DNA of 64,000 bases from the human T2T-CHM13v2.0 reference genome, Homo sapiens, in assembly GCF_009914755.1 (NCBI RefSeq), contig NC_060932.1, one strand, 5' to 3'. Numbering within the stretch: position 1 is the stretch's first letter; every line of letters starts with the position of its first letter. The notes under the pieces are model-generated. The model saw only the letters and a program-made list of their open reading frames with translations, was not told the DNA's origin and ran no database searches. The position numbers and the translations under genes were made by a program. This document shows positions 28,595-48,530 of the stretch, in pieces.

Positions 28595-29852
28595 CAGTGG
28601 GTCCTCAAATAATGTTGTTTTGTTCAACATCATTTTGTTATAATATTGATGAGAAAAAAAATCAAATCCCACCTGGGCCACTGTCTTATGTGGAGTTCTC
28701 ATGTTCTGCCCATATCTGCACTGGTTTTCTCCAGGTCCTCCAGTTTCATCCCACATTTAAAAGATATGCATATTAGGTTCACTGGCAGGTCTAAGTTGTC
28801 CCAGTATGGGTGTCGTGTGTGTGTGTGTGCGCACACGCGTGTGCACATGTGTCCTGGAATGGAATGACATCCTGTCCAGAGTTGGTTCTTGCCTTTGCTC
28901 CCTAAGCTGCTAGGATAGGCTCTGACCAACCTCAATCCTGAACTGGAATAAGTGGGTTAGAAAATGAATGACTGAATGTATACAAATGAATGTAAAATTA
29001 AAATCTGTAAAATGCACAATAATCATATAATATGGTTTGGCTCTGAGTCTGCACCCAAATCTCATGTGGAATTGGAGTCCCAGTGTTGGAGGAGGGGCCT
29101 GGTGGGAGGTGATTGAATCATGGGGGCAGACTTCCCCCTTGCTGTTCTCCTGATAGAGTGTTCACAAGATTTGCCTGTTTGAAAGTGTGTAGCACCTCCC
29201 CTGCTTGCTCTCTCTCTCCTGCTGGCCATGTGAAGATGTGCTTGCTTCCCCTTTGCCATCTGCCATGACTGTAAGCTTCCTGAGGCCTTCCCAGAAGCAA
29301 AATCCTGAACAGCCTGCAGAACTATTATCCAATTAAACCTCTTTTCTTTATAAATTACTCAGTCTCAGGTATCTCTTTACAGCCCTGCAAAAACAGACTA
29401 ATACATTACACAAATGCACAACAATAAACAATGCAGTATAAAAGTGTTCAGTGAGCCCACCATATTTGTTATTGTTTGTTTTTTAATTGTGTGGTGGTAG
29501 GAAGTACTGCTTACAATTTTCACTTTGCAAACATTTATACTTTGATTTAACCCACCACCACCATGACTGCTATCACTCACTTATTCACCCCACATTGAGT
29601 AAACAATTATCTTGTTTTTATTAAACTTTCTTAATTGTACATGTAAGCTCATATTTATTTCAATGTTTAATATTACAATTTGGGTCTTTATTGAGAAGTC
29701 TGGTGATATTTCTCTAACCACAAATATGTTGTGAGAACTTAACTCTTGTTTATATCAATCAGCCTATGATAAAACTGATTTCGTTATATGTCATTTCACT
29801 TAAAGTAGTAGTTTCCAAGAACCTATCAATGATGTTAAGTAAGAACTTACTG
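28595..29852 (+). mobile_element. MER6 (TcMar-Tigger) DNA transposon interrupted by an MST LTR
   Basis: Left end cagtgggtcctcaaataatgttg, right end gatgttaagtaagaacttactg; internal tgtggagtt..catgttct..ggttttctccagg segment. Confidence 0.8.
29028..29405 (+). mobile_element. MSTA/MSTB MaLR solo LTR
   Basis: tatggtttggctctg...caattaaacctcttttctttataaattactcagtctcaggtat...cagactaataca. Confidence 0.9.
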
Positions 29853-29934
29853 GATTTAATTTTTTTAGTGGTAAAGCAAAAAAAAGAAGTCTAATGTTCT
29901 GTATTAACACAAAATGTAATAAAGTAAAAACAAC

Positions 29935-30690
29935 AATAGTACATTGGTAAATGCACCAGACTGGAGCCCAGCTATCTGGGTTTGAGTTGAGGCAGCAGAT
30001 ATTCTCCTTATCATGCTTTCTTCATCTGTAAGATGAATTAGTCTTAAGGAACTTTTCATCTCTTTCAGCCCTAATAATCTATGAATCATCTTAACACAAA
30101 CCAGAAAGCTTGGAATAAAAGAACACACTTGAATAACATCACCCAAAAAGCCTGTTGAGTGTTTTTTAAATTTGACTATTACTAAAGTTTTTTTAAATCT
30201 TAAGAAAAATCAAGTAATGTAGATGGCTGTGTCACTGATGTAATAATAGTTAAAACAAACATTTCACATAGTTTCTCAGCCATTTAGTGTTTTTACATGA
30301 TCCACCCAAATATCAATCTGGTATCTGAAACAATAGTTTGAACATTTTCCATGTAATAAAACATCTTAAATGTTTTATAAAAAAAGATTCTGGTACATGA
30401 TATATAAAACATTCTTTCAAAAAAATGTGTACTTAATTTTAATGGAATTTCTTAAAAACACTATTCTCTTTTTTTCCTTTAATTACCAGCAAATGATATA
30501 TCTAGAAATAAAGGTGCTGTCTAGTGGCAACTGCAGAGACCCTGGAGTCAGAAGACATGAGTTCAAGTCTTCACTACCTTTAACTAAGAGTGTCTTTAGA
30601 CCCGTTATAAAATCAACTGAGCCTCAATTTTCCTGTATGTAAAACATGTGAGGTTGGACATTCTCCAACCTTTTCACACTTAAGCCTCCT
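29935..30690 (+). mobile_element. MIR fragments (~29940-30085 and ~30520-30690)
   Basis: ctggagtcagaagacatgagttcaagtct; ttcttcatctgtaagatg. Confidence 0.6.
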
Positions 30691-31130
30691 TATGTTGTTT
30701 TTCTTCTATGTATACCATGCTTAAAGGATCTGTCTTTCAGACAGACTGCATTTATTAAGTAATAATAAATCATCTTTCAAAGACTGCCAACCTGAGATTC
30801 AGAACATCTTGAGGTCTGAATTCAAATAAAATTCTAATCCAAAGCAAAGCAATCTACTAAGAGTAACTGTATTACTTCCATTAGGTTGCTGAAATACTAA
30901 TTATGCCAACCATTATTATATTGAATCCAACAATACCACGCTGAGAATCTCAGGTCTGGATCACACCTAAATTCCTAGAATTCTAATTGTTATATGTTAT
31001 AAACTACTCAAAAGATCATTAATACAGTGGGGAAAAAAGTGAAAATGCAATTCTTGCATTTGCTCAAATACTGAGCACCAACAATGCCAGACACTGTGCT
31101 ATGTGATTTACTTTTTAAGATTAAAAAAAA

Positions 31131-31400
31131 GGCCGGGCGCAGTGGTTCACGCTTGTAATCCCAGCACCTTGGGAGGCCGAGGCGGGCAGATCACCTCAGG
31201 TTGGGAGTTTGAGACTAGCCTGACCAACATGGAGAAACTCCATCTCTACTAAAAATACAAAATTAGCCAGGTGTGGTGGCATATGCCTGTAATCCCAGCT
31301 ACTCAGGAGGCTGAGGCAGAAGAATCACTTGAATCCGTGAGGTGGAGGTGGCAGTGAGCCGAGATTACACCACTGCACTCCAGCCTGGGCAACAAGAAAA
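31131..31400 (+). mobile_element. AluSp-like
   Basis: cctgaccaacatggagaaac and gggcaacaaga diagnostics. Confidence 0.92.
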
Positions 31401-31459
31401 CGATTAAAAAACGATTAAAAAAATTGATTTTTTTTTCAAATAATATTTGTCTCTCTCTC

Positions 31460-31740
31460 TTTTTTTTTTTTAAGATGAAGTCTCACTCATTCTGTGGTCC
31501 AGGCTGCAGTGGCACAATCTGTGCTCACTGCAACCTCCACCTCCCAGGTTCAAGCAATTCTCCCACCTTGGCCTCCTGAGTAATTGGAATTATAGGCATG
31601 TGCCACACCATGCCTGGCAAATTTTTGTATTTTTAGCAGAGATGGAGTTTCACCGTGTTGGCCAGGCTGGTCTCAAACTCCTGACCTCAAGTGATCTACC
31701 CACCTCAGCCCCTGAAGTGCTGGGATTACAGGCATCCCAC
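31460..31740 (-). mobile_element. AluS-type
   Basis: Poly-T followed by Alu reverse complement; 5' end shortened. Confidence 0.9.
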
Positions 31741-32226
31741 CTTTTCTTACTCGCTGGGGGGGAGGGGGGAGTTGGGCAGGATGGTGGTGTTTATCTTAAA
31801 TATGGACTCGTCTTTCAATAAGCAATTTCATCTTTAAAAACTACTGAAATCATCAATAATACCAAAAAGGGTACATTATAATAAACAAATACTTTCTAAA
31901 AAAATGAAAGAATGAATGATGCATTAACATTATACAAAGAAGTTTTAGGGAAACTATCTGCACTGCCTTCCTGAACCTTAATAGTTTTCAACCATACAGT
32001 TAGTTCCCTGTTGCTTATTTTAGTGCTTCATAATTGATGCTTTGACTACTCTCACATCTCTTATTTCTGTTGCCAAGGAAGGAGATTTTTGTCTTTTCAA
32101 TTACTTGTACTCCATGTAGTACGTGCAAGAAGATTACAGACCAAGTACATCTTTATTCACATTTGTTTAAAACACACATTACTTTAAACTGACTCATGTT
32201 AAAACACAAGAAAGACTCAATGATTA

Positions 32227-32523
32227 AGCTGGGTGCAGTGGCTCATGCCTATAACCCTAACACTTTGGGAAGCCAAGGCAGGATGACTTCAGGCCAGGAG
32301 TTTGAGACAAGCCTGGGCAACTCCACAAGACCTTGTCTCTAGTCGGGGGAGTGGGGGCAAAGCTGGGTGTGGTGTCACGTGCCTGTAAAATTAGCTACTT
32401 GAAAGGCTGAGGCAAGAGGATCCCTTGAGCCCAGGAGTTCAAGTCTGCAATGAGCTATGATCATGCCACTGCACAACTGACAGAATTTTGCTAACAGAGT
32501 GAGACCCTATCTCAAAAAAAAAA
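32227..32523 (+). mobile_element. AluJ-type
   Basis: Diverged dimer; ggatcccttgagcccaggagttcaag. Confidence 0.88.
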
Positions 32524-32756
32524 GACAACGATTAAAACTGGCACATAGATAGTTAGATGAACAGAGGAGAACAGAAAGTCTGGAATAATACCAAATTCAT
32601 AATCTTAGTATATGGTAACAGTGAACTCTCAATGCAGTGGGGAATAAAGTTGGGTCCATACTTTCAGTATAAGTAACAGATGGATCAAGACTTCAAGATT
32701 TCAAAAAATGAAACTATAAGAGTTCCAGAAGATAACTTAAAAGAAATGTTTTGATT

Positions 32757-38845
<6,089 letters not shown>

Positions 38846-38859
38846 AGAAATGTTTTTAA

Positions 38860-40600
38860 TTTCAGAGTCGGAAAGGTATTATTTATTATACCCAACTTAC
38901 ACATGCTATAAAAGAAGAGACTATTTTAAAATGTCATTCAAATATATTAAAAAGAAAAACCAAACTTTAAAAGAAAACAGAAAAGAATTTTCATGTCATA
39001 AAGGCACACAGATGCACACAGTCCTACCAAGTAAAAAAAAAAAAAAGAGAGAAAAAGACTAACCAATCTAATGTCCAAAGGGACATCAGATATGGTTATG
39101 TCATTCACAGAAAAAGTATAGAAATGGCTCATAGATCTACCAAATACATAGTCTCATTCTTAATAAGAGAAATGCAAAATAAAACTATACTGAATACCAT
39201 ATTTCAACTATCAAATTGGCAAAGATTCAAAACTTTGATAGCACACTGTGTTCCTGAAGCTGTAGGGAAACAGGAAATCTCCTACACTGATGGTAGAGAC
39301 GTAAACTGCTGTCTATTGACAGTACTCTGGCAACATCCATCAAAATTAAAAGGATACATACTCTGTAATGGAGTAATTCCATTTGTAGGAATTTCTCCAA
39401 CAAATATGCTACCACATACGTAAAATTACTTATGTATGAGGTTTTTACATGGCAGATAATAGGAAAATACTATAAACAATCTAAATATCCATCTGTGAAA
39501 AATTGATTAAATAATAATAAATCCCTATACATATCAATAGGAAAGGATCTTCAGGACATACTGTTAAGCTAAAATAAAATGGGTAGAACAGCATGTTCAA
39601 AAGGCTAGGGGATTGAATAATATATATTTGAATTTGTGTGTGTATATATGTGTGTATAAAATGTACATACATTTATACATATGTATATAAATCATATATA
39701 TAAATTCTGGGACAATACACACACAAAAAAACAACCACAAGTTACCTGCTTGAAGGTCAGGGTGGCCACTGCACTAATGAGGACAAAAAATACGGAGAGC
39801 TGTTTTGCATTTTTAATTTTTCCCCATTTAAAAACCCCAGTAAAAATAGAAAATGAAAAATAAAATTAATGAAATAGTGGAATTTGAACTAAACTTCAAC
39901 TAAATTCATCATCAAAAATGAAATTGAAGGTAAAAAACGATAAAAGATTTCTACTTGTTACAGCATGGAAAATTAGATACTTTGAAGGGCCCTCCCACTA
40001 TGAAACAACTGGTATTTCTTGTAAATTTGAACTTACACATATTATATTCCACTCCCAGAAACTCTTATACATGTGCACCCATAGAAATGTTCAAAAATGT
40101 TCATAATAATATTGTTTATAATCACAAAATCCTGAAAATATCCCAACTGTGGACCAACAGATGAATGGATAAATCATTATGGGATATTCACATAGTGGAT
40201 GAAATACTTTATGTAACAAAACAAAATAATCTTAAATTGCAATCTTAAGTGGGGGGCGGGAGAGGGCAGAATTCCAGAGGGCAATATACCATACGACGCT
40301 ATTTTTCTAAAGTTTAAAAAAAAAAGCAAAATTAAATAAGTACTGATAAGGACTCATTTATTTGATGAAATTATGAGGAATAAAGGGTGGGGCGACTACA
40401 TATAAAATTCAGAGATAGTGGCTACTTCTGCTGGGGGAGGCATAGCCAATGGGGGATATGAAAGAGGAGAACAAAGGTGAAGGTAAATATATTGGTAATG
40501 TCTAGTTCTTAAATTGGGCGGTGGGTTCATGGGTGTTCATTATCTTGCTTCATAAGTTATATAAGTGTTAAATACGTTATGCATCAAATATTGCCTATTT
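38860..40600 (+). mobile_element. Old L1 (L1ME-like) ORF2 and 3' fragments; continues the remnant at 32530-32750
   Basis: ataagagaaatgcaaaataaaact, aattccatttgtaggaattt, gggttcatgggtgttcatt. Confidence 0.7.
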
Positions 40601-41053
40601 TTCTTTAAAAATAATAGCAGTTAATGTTTCTTCACAAATTGTAATACACTTTAAGATTTTATAAAACTCCATCTTTCTAGACAAACTGAATGAGTAATTA
40701 GGAGCATTACCTTTATTTTCTCCTTATGCTTATTGTAAAGTTTCTTTGCTAACAGAGAAAAGCAATTAAGTAGTTCTTAATACTTCAACTTTGAATTTCT
40801 GCAAGATATTTATCTGTGTTATCATTACAGTCTGCTCCTAATTTTGAAAAGACTAATTTTAAACACCTTTTGATCCCCATAGACCTCTTAGAATACACAG
40901 TACATATTCTAAATTTCAGCATACATTTCAGAAATTGAAATTTCATTCAGACTCTAGAAAACTGTTTCTTCTTCTTTACCTTCAGAAAAGTTTCCTCAAG
41001 ACTTCAGTATACAGATAATTCTGCTTCCCTAGCTGTTTAAATATAATATTTAT

Positions 41054-41380
41054 GGCCGGGTACACTGGCTCACGCCTGTAATCCCAGCACTTTGGGAGGC
41101 CAAGGTGGGCAGATCACAAGGTCAGGAGATCGAGACCATCCTGGCTAACACAATGAAACCCCGTCTCTACTAAAAATACAAAAAATTAGCCGGGCGTGGT
41201 GGCAGGCGCCTATAGTCCCAGCTACTGGGAAGGCTGAGGCAGGAGAGGGCATGAACCCGGGAGGCGAAGCTTGCAGTGAGCCAAGATTGCGCCACTGCAC
41301 TCCAGCCTGGGCGACAGAGCAAGACTCCATCTCAAAAAAAAAAAAAAATTATATATATATATATATATACACACACATAT
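41054..41380 (+). mobile_element. AluY with A/(TA)n/(CA)n tail
   Basis: gagatcgagaccatcctggctaac; TSD ATATAATATTTAT at 41041-41053 and 41381-41393. Confidence 0.95.
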
Positions 41381-44300
41381 ATATAATATTTATGCTTAAA
41401 TGCAGTCAGATTGTGTATTTCAGGCCAAAGTTTGTAAATGTAAGTGTTTTAAATATTCATTTTTTTCTGATTATAAAACCAGTATATGTTCATTATGGAA
41501 AACTAATCTATTTTTCCGTATGTTTTAGCCAAGCCCTACAAAGAAATGGGCCTAAGCTCTGTATACTTATGGCTAATTCCCTTCAGAATGACAATAAGTC
41601 AGAGTCCCATCAGCAGCATGTGACAGTCTGTTTCCCCAACAGTTGGAAGTATCATTTTTAAATCCCTGACAATTTGCGTGGATCAGAAATTTCATAACAT
41701 TTATTTTTAATCCCCATTTTCCTGATTGCTAAACATTTTTTCATGATTTCTTATCTGCTCTTTTTAAATGTCTTCTTAAGACCTTTGGCCATTGGGGTGT
41801 TTGCCTTTTTTTAAAAAATTGACTTTTATGTGTCCTTTGCATATATTCAATTTGTTGCTATGCTGCAATTTATACTGTCATTTGCCTTTTTATTTTCTTA
41901 TGCGGCTCCTTGAACTTGTTTTTAGCATTTACGTATATAAATCCATCTTTTTTACTTTATGGTTTCATCCGTTGCTCTTATGCTTAGAAACACTATCATA
42001 CTGCAATGAATAAATGCATCCTAAAAATGCTCATATTATTTCCATTTTTAAAAAAAATGTATCTGATATCTTTTTACATGTAAAAATGAGCCAAGCGAGT
42101 TTTTAAAATCACAATTTAAATTCATTAAATCTTTCCGGAGAATATTGCAGAAAAACATGTTATCTGTGCTAATCTGATTAAAAACTTACTCTCTAATTTC
42201 AGATTCTTTTTCCTTTAAATCAATGGATCTTTAGAGACAGACTCAACTGGTATGACTAAAACAGAGGCAAGCTTAACATTACCTCTAATCTTCCTTCCTA
42301 GCTTCAGTAGGCAAGAAAGGAGAATTCTTGTCAATGTAATTTTTTAAAGACTATAGCTTCTCACCACTCAGGTAGGTCTAATATACAGTCATCAATGTAA
42401 AAGAAGGATGATATCATTCTGAAATATTTGGATCTTTCCTCCTGTGTTCAGAGGAGAAGCAGCAATTCTACCTGCAGGCTCAAATGGACAGCAATGAGAA
42501 TATGTATGTTCCCATTGCTCCCAATTGCTTCAGATAGCCCTCTATTTACGGGACCTTTGTTTGAAAACAACCAGGTATTCAGGGACTGGGCTGCCCAGTA
42601 CAAGTAACCCACCAATCCTTCTAAATAAGATCACTAAAAGCTGGCTACATTCTTACATTTCTAACACAGTATTTATGTCTAAAGAAATAATTAAGTTGGA
42701 TCACTCAGCTTTATATTTACATCCAATTGGCTCCAACTGTTTTAACTGTCTCACTACAAAGTGGTTTCTACTATGGGAACCCCAAAGGGAATTTGTTCAG
42801 GGAGCTCTCTCAAAACACTATTAAAGAAAGTATATATTAATCTGTCACCTTAAAAGTCCAACACTTATATACCTCCCTTCTATCTCCCACCCCTACCCAC
42901 CCCCCCCAAAAAAACCAAAAAAACACTAGAGGTTCTAAATATAGTACATAGCATTTGGGAAACCAGCATGCAATCTACCCAATGTCATATCACTGGGACA
43001 GTGTAGCCTCCTGGTTTCAGGATGTTCAGTGTTTAATAATACATGCATATGAAACAAAAGTGACAAAAATATTGGTAAGTCAACTAAGATCCTAAAGAGG
43101 TCAATAAGAATGCTATCTCATTCCACAAGTATTTGTCTTTGGTCATCTCTAATGAACCTACAAGTGCCAGCATATTTCACAGGGGCTAAATAAAACTTTT
43201 TAAAAGGTTAACGGAAAAATATTTATGTGAAAAATGCCTCCGAATAATCTTTTAGTGGGTGGATTTGGCACATACCAGTGAATACCTTTGAGCTTAGTCC
43301 AATCTTGAATTAAGCTACAGTTCACCTTCAAGAAACTATGAACCTGCTTTTAAGTAAAAGCCTGTATTAATAAGAAACATGGAATGTGAATACAAAAAGA
43401 GATGTTATCAGCTGAACTGTATCTAAATATTTTACAAAGTTTTCCAAGAGCCGTGAGCTGTCAGTAGATCTTTAAAATTCATGATCTTTTTTTAAAAAAG
43501 TTATTCATTCATCTGTAAAAATCTAGTTTTTTATGTGTACACCAAGCATAAAATTGCCCTATGCTAAACTTAACATAAACCTCACATTACAGAGTTATGT
43601 GTTTTTATTCTTCAACATAACTATTACAGTGATTCAAAGGATAAAAACACACTTAGAATAGTCTACCTTCTGCTGCATTTCAGTACAATGAAGAAAGCCT
43701 GAGCAGCACCCAAAAACTAGGTCCATATTTTAAATCTGCAGGCAATCAAGCAAGGAAAATAAATTGAGGAACCAGGCTATGTAATCACAATCACTTGCAA
43801 AACCATTTAAACTATTTTCTAGTTGTAATTGTTAGCAGTTTCCTATGACTGTAATCTTTTAAAAAATATCTTCCACTTAAAAAATTAAATGCACATGTAC
43901 ATTAATGTTTTTTGTCTACTTATAGTTAAGTGCTATGCCAGATTAAAATTCCCCTCTTTCCCCTTTCCAATTCTACATTCCCTTTTCATTTTTGTACATT
44001 ATGGTTCCAAGCTAATTTCGTATTATTTATCCAAATAATGGGTGGCTAAAAATTTGATCTTTAAAACTACAATTTTGAAGCAATGTAGAGTTTAACAAAA
44101 CATAACAAACAAAAAACCATAGTGAGTTAGCCATTTCATGATGACAGTGTTTTTCACAAAGTAATATGTTACCTTTTCAGATGTTATTCAAGGATGGGTA
44201 ATCATTTTATAAATGTTACATAATTAAAGATTCTCAACATTATAAATTAGTATGCATAACTCTTAACAGAGAAAATTGAATAATAAGATGTAAATTGAGT

Positions 44301-46681
44301 TGTTCAAGGTCAGACAGTATGTCAGTGAGGCAGCCAGCACTGGCAATCTCAAATTCCTGTCTTCCCCCACATGTGCCATCCCACAAGATCCCTGCTCTAA
44401 CCTTTGCCTGCAAAATGCTAACTCCGGTATTCTTCACAGGACAGAAACCATTTAGAATAGAATTTCAAACTTAAGAAACTGATTAAGAAGTTAACCTAAA
44501 TATTACCATAATATATGAATTTAAATTAATTTTCAGCTAATTGGTCCATCATCTGAATGATCAATTCCTAAGCACAGTCCAACTTCTTCCTAATGTTGTA
44601 TTTAAGTGCCAATGAGCTGGCTCAAGGGGACTCAGGTTTCACTTGTGAGAACTAACCCTTGGGGAATGAAACAGCTACTTTTCAGAGCTGGGCTGCCCTT
44701 ATCCTCTATCGTAATCCAAGGAAGGGACAATCCAGTGTTCATTCAAAGAACTCTTAGAGCAGCTTTCTCACCTCCTTACAGCTGGGAAGAGATAACAGAA
44801 CATTCTTATTTCAAAGCCTTAATCTGAACCATTGTAGACCATGAATTCCTAAAGCATTAACCGTCTGGTTAAGATTTAAGCTGGCTTCAAATAGTTTTCT
44901 CACTTCTAACTTTATGTCTCAAGCAAACCCGTTATGCATTCTTACACATTTCTGATCACTTAAACTCACTGGCCTCTTTGTGATATTCCTTCCCATGTCT
45001 GCACAGGACAGAAGTATCCCCCACTTGTCATCCCATGAGATGTATCCCTTAGCAAGTTAAAAAAAAACAAACACATAAAGCTAGGGGCCAAAACATCATT
45101 GTTTAATGATGGAGCCTGCAGGTTATCTATAAAGTGATTTCACGTTAAAATTGTCAAGTTAATAACTATTTGATCTTTATATTAAAATACATAAAGTTTA
45201 TATTCTTTGAAAAAAAAGTTTAGTGCCTAAATGTAACTATTCAATAATAAGCTATATATTCTTGGTCACCATATGTATGCACAAACCATCTGACAGACAA
45301 AAGTATAAGAATGGAATTTCTGGCACGCCTACATAGAATAGTATCATTTTTATAAAAGACAAGAGGGAGGAGGCATGGAAGGAAATCAACATTCATTACG
45401 TGCTTACTAGGAAACAGGTACTGTGCTAAGTACTTTACATAAAACTGCAATCAATTTCATGTTTATTACATTCCCTCACCAAATCATTATAAACCAATAT
45501 ATTCAAACATCAAAGGAACTGAACACAAACTCTAGGAATCCTGAACTGATTCCATTTTTTCCTTGGGCTATGTGCTAAGGCCATCATATTCATCACCCCT
45601 ATTTATACAGGCCAAGGGCTCAGAAGCACATTAATTTAAATTATTCCCAGAAAGCAGCCCCAAAATGCCATTACCTCACTGAAATATTCTTTTCAAGAGG
45701 CTAGTTTTGATAATCCAAGAATTCAATTCTTATGAGCATACTTTGATAAGAATTTGTTACTAATTTCATTATACATCAAGAGACGAGCCACTAATATCAA
45801 AGACTAAAACCATGGATTACGATAATTTACAGATTTAAGCTTTTTCAGCGCCCAGAGGTTGTAAAGAAGATAGATAGGGTTGGAAATGGGATAGACTGGG
45901 TGTTTTTACTAGCCAAATGTTTTGATTCACTGATTTACAGTAAAATGTTAACTTCAGTGAAATAGATACTTTTCAGGAAGTGAGGGAGAGTATTAAGGAA
46001 AAATGTCTAAACGTCCAATGTAAAATATCTTGATCATATACATTTGAAAAAAATTAGTAAACTGAAATTGTTTTTTAAGTGTTTGACAATACTGTAAGTG
46101 GAACAAAGCAGCAATTTTATTCTTACACTTCTGACATTTCACTTAGTGACTTTAATAAAATATTAAAATTCTAATGACTCAGCAAAACGCAAAAAATGCT
46201 TAGGCAATGTTAAGTGAAAACAATAAAATTTTATGTATATCATAATTATATAAAAATTTGTGTGCATAAAAAATAATTGGAACTTTGAAAGTTGATTTGA
46301 CAGTATAATCAGCTTATAGATAATTACTTCTTTATTTTTATTATAAAAATTATTTTTATATTATTTAAATTATTTTTTATATTTTTATATTTTTTATAAT
46401 GTTGTTTCAATAAAAATGGCAACTTTAAAAAAGCATGTGATCACTACATGTATTAAATGGCAGTCTGTCTGCAATGGCTTAACTGTGTTAAGTGTATCTG
46501 TGTCTTAGTTTTCCAGCTATTCTGTCAGTTCCAGGAAAGCAAACACCAGGACTCCTTTGTACCCTCCAAAATACTTAACACAGCCTCTCAGACCCAGACA
46601 GACCCAACCAATCCCAGTGACAGCTAGTCACTGAGCCACTGATGAACACCAAGTGCAGACAACATAAAAATGAGAACTTAC

Positions 46682-46742
46682 TATTATTTGTTGGTTCAGG
46701 AAACCCAGGCTTTGGACCACTCCATCCTTTGTTTTCCCCTGT
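46682..46742 (-). CDS. STAU2: STAU2 coding exon (61 nt, phase 0/1)
   Basis: Acceptor TTTAATCTTTCAG|ACA; encodes TGENKGWSGPKPGFPEPTNN plus 1 nt; donor A|GTAAGT. Phases join both flanking exons in frame (..LEK-TGEN..TNN-T-PKG..). Confidence 0.95.
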
Positions 46743-47061
46743 CTGAAAGATTAAATCAATCGTTCAAATCCAGAGAAACAAGCTTATTCAAAAAGAAAAA
46801 AAAAAAGGTGACCAATTAAGCAAAGGCAAAGTCCTCTCACATGGTTATTCTGCATATTATCTCTATCTTTGACCCTGGGATGATGGCTACAAAAGAAACT
46901 AACATGAAGGGTATCATTTATTCCTTTTCTGCACCTAAATCTACTTATGTCCTTCTACTTTTGTCTGATCATGTAAATTTATAATTCAAGGCATAAAGCC
47001 AATATTCAATATATGTATTATTAGAATGTAAGCTCTAGCTAGGTGGTGAAAAAAATAAATC

Positions 47062-47356
<295 letters not shown>

Positions 47357-48269
47357 AAAAAGTAAATCTTATTAAAATAGTAAATAATAATCATCACCAC
47401 AAATGCTTAAGTGACCAAAAGAGCTTTTGTATGATTCCCGAGGTCAAATTAACAACCTAACAATCAAACATTTCTGTAGACAAAAATGTTACTATGTCCA
47501 TCTAGAAAAGTCCTATGGTAAGGGTCACCAAATACTGCTATAATGACATATACAAAAAATACAAATATAAAAAAAATAAAAAAATAAAAAAATGACATAT
47601 ACAAAAAAATTGAAAACTAAGTCCTAACTTTAAGTCCTAACTTTAAGCAAACTAAGTCCTAACTTTAAGCAAAACATGTAATATTCTGACTTTTGCCAAA
47701 TGATTAGTGTTTGGTATAAAATACATTCTGAAATGTAGATGCTTTGAAGTAGTAAGTATTCAAATCAAATTAATAAGTGACTTTAGTTATATTATCTTTC
47801 TGTACAGCTGGTAACTTATCTCTTATGATGATCAGCATTTTATATTTATGTTAACGGTCAAAGGTCAAATAGATAATTAAGCCTAGATATAAACACAAAA
47901 TACAATTGCTGCAAATAGTTTACCCATGTTCATTTTTTAAAAAAAGTTGTTCTTATTGAATTCATTCCTTTTTAATCATACATCTTAGGGTGACAAGGAA
48001 ATATATAGTGGCAGACAGCAGAAGCAAAACTGAAAATAAAGAATCCTGAAGAGTAAGTTGACAGTATGTTAGAAACAACCAGCAGCTTCATATGAACTAG
48101 GGAGCATCTCTTTCTCTCTCTAATTAGCTCTTTTATCTCTTTAAAACACAAATTCCTGTCTTCATCAACATTTACCATCCTGAGAGATTGCTGCTATAAC
48201 CTTTGACTGCAAAATGCTAACACAGGCATCCTTCACAAGAGAGAAATTACTATGTAATAAAATAGACTG

Positions 48270-48530
48270 ATAGTAGTAATAGCTAATAGCTAACACTTAA
48301 GATTTAAAAGTGGGGTTGCTAATGCGCTAAGTGTTTTGCATAAATATGGATTATCTCATTTTCATCCTCACAAAAATTTGGTAAGATAAGTGATATTAAC
48401 ATTCAATTTTACAGACAAGCAAACAGGGTTAGAGTTCCTGTAATTACTCTAAGGTCACACAGATAATATGCACAGGTGCCAGGACATCAAACTACATCTT
48501 CTAACCAGAGGAGAGTAATCATGCTACCTT
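48270..48530 (-). mobile_element. MIR
   Basis: aatagctaacactta...tctcattttcatcctcacaa...ttttacagacaagcaaac...aaggtcacacag. Confidence 0.75.
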
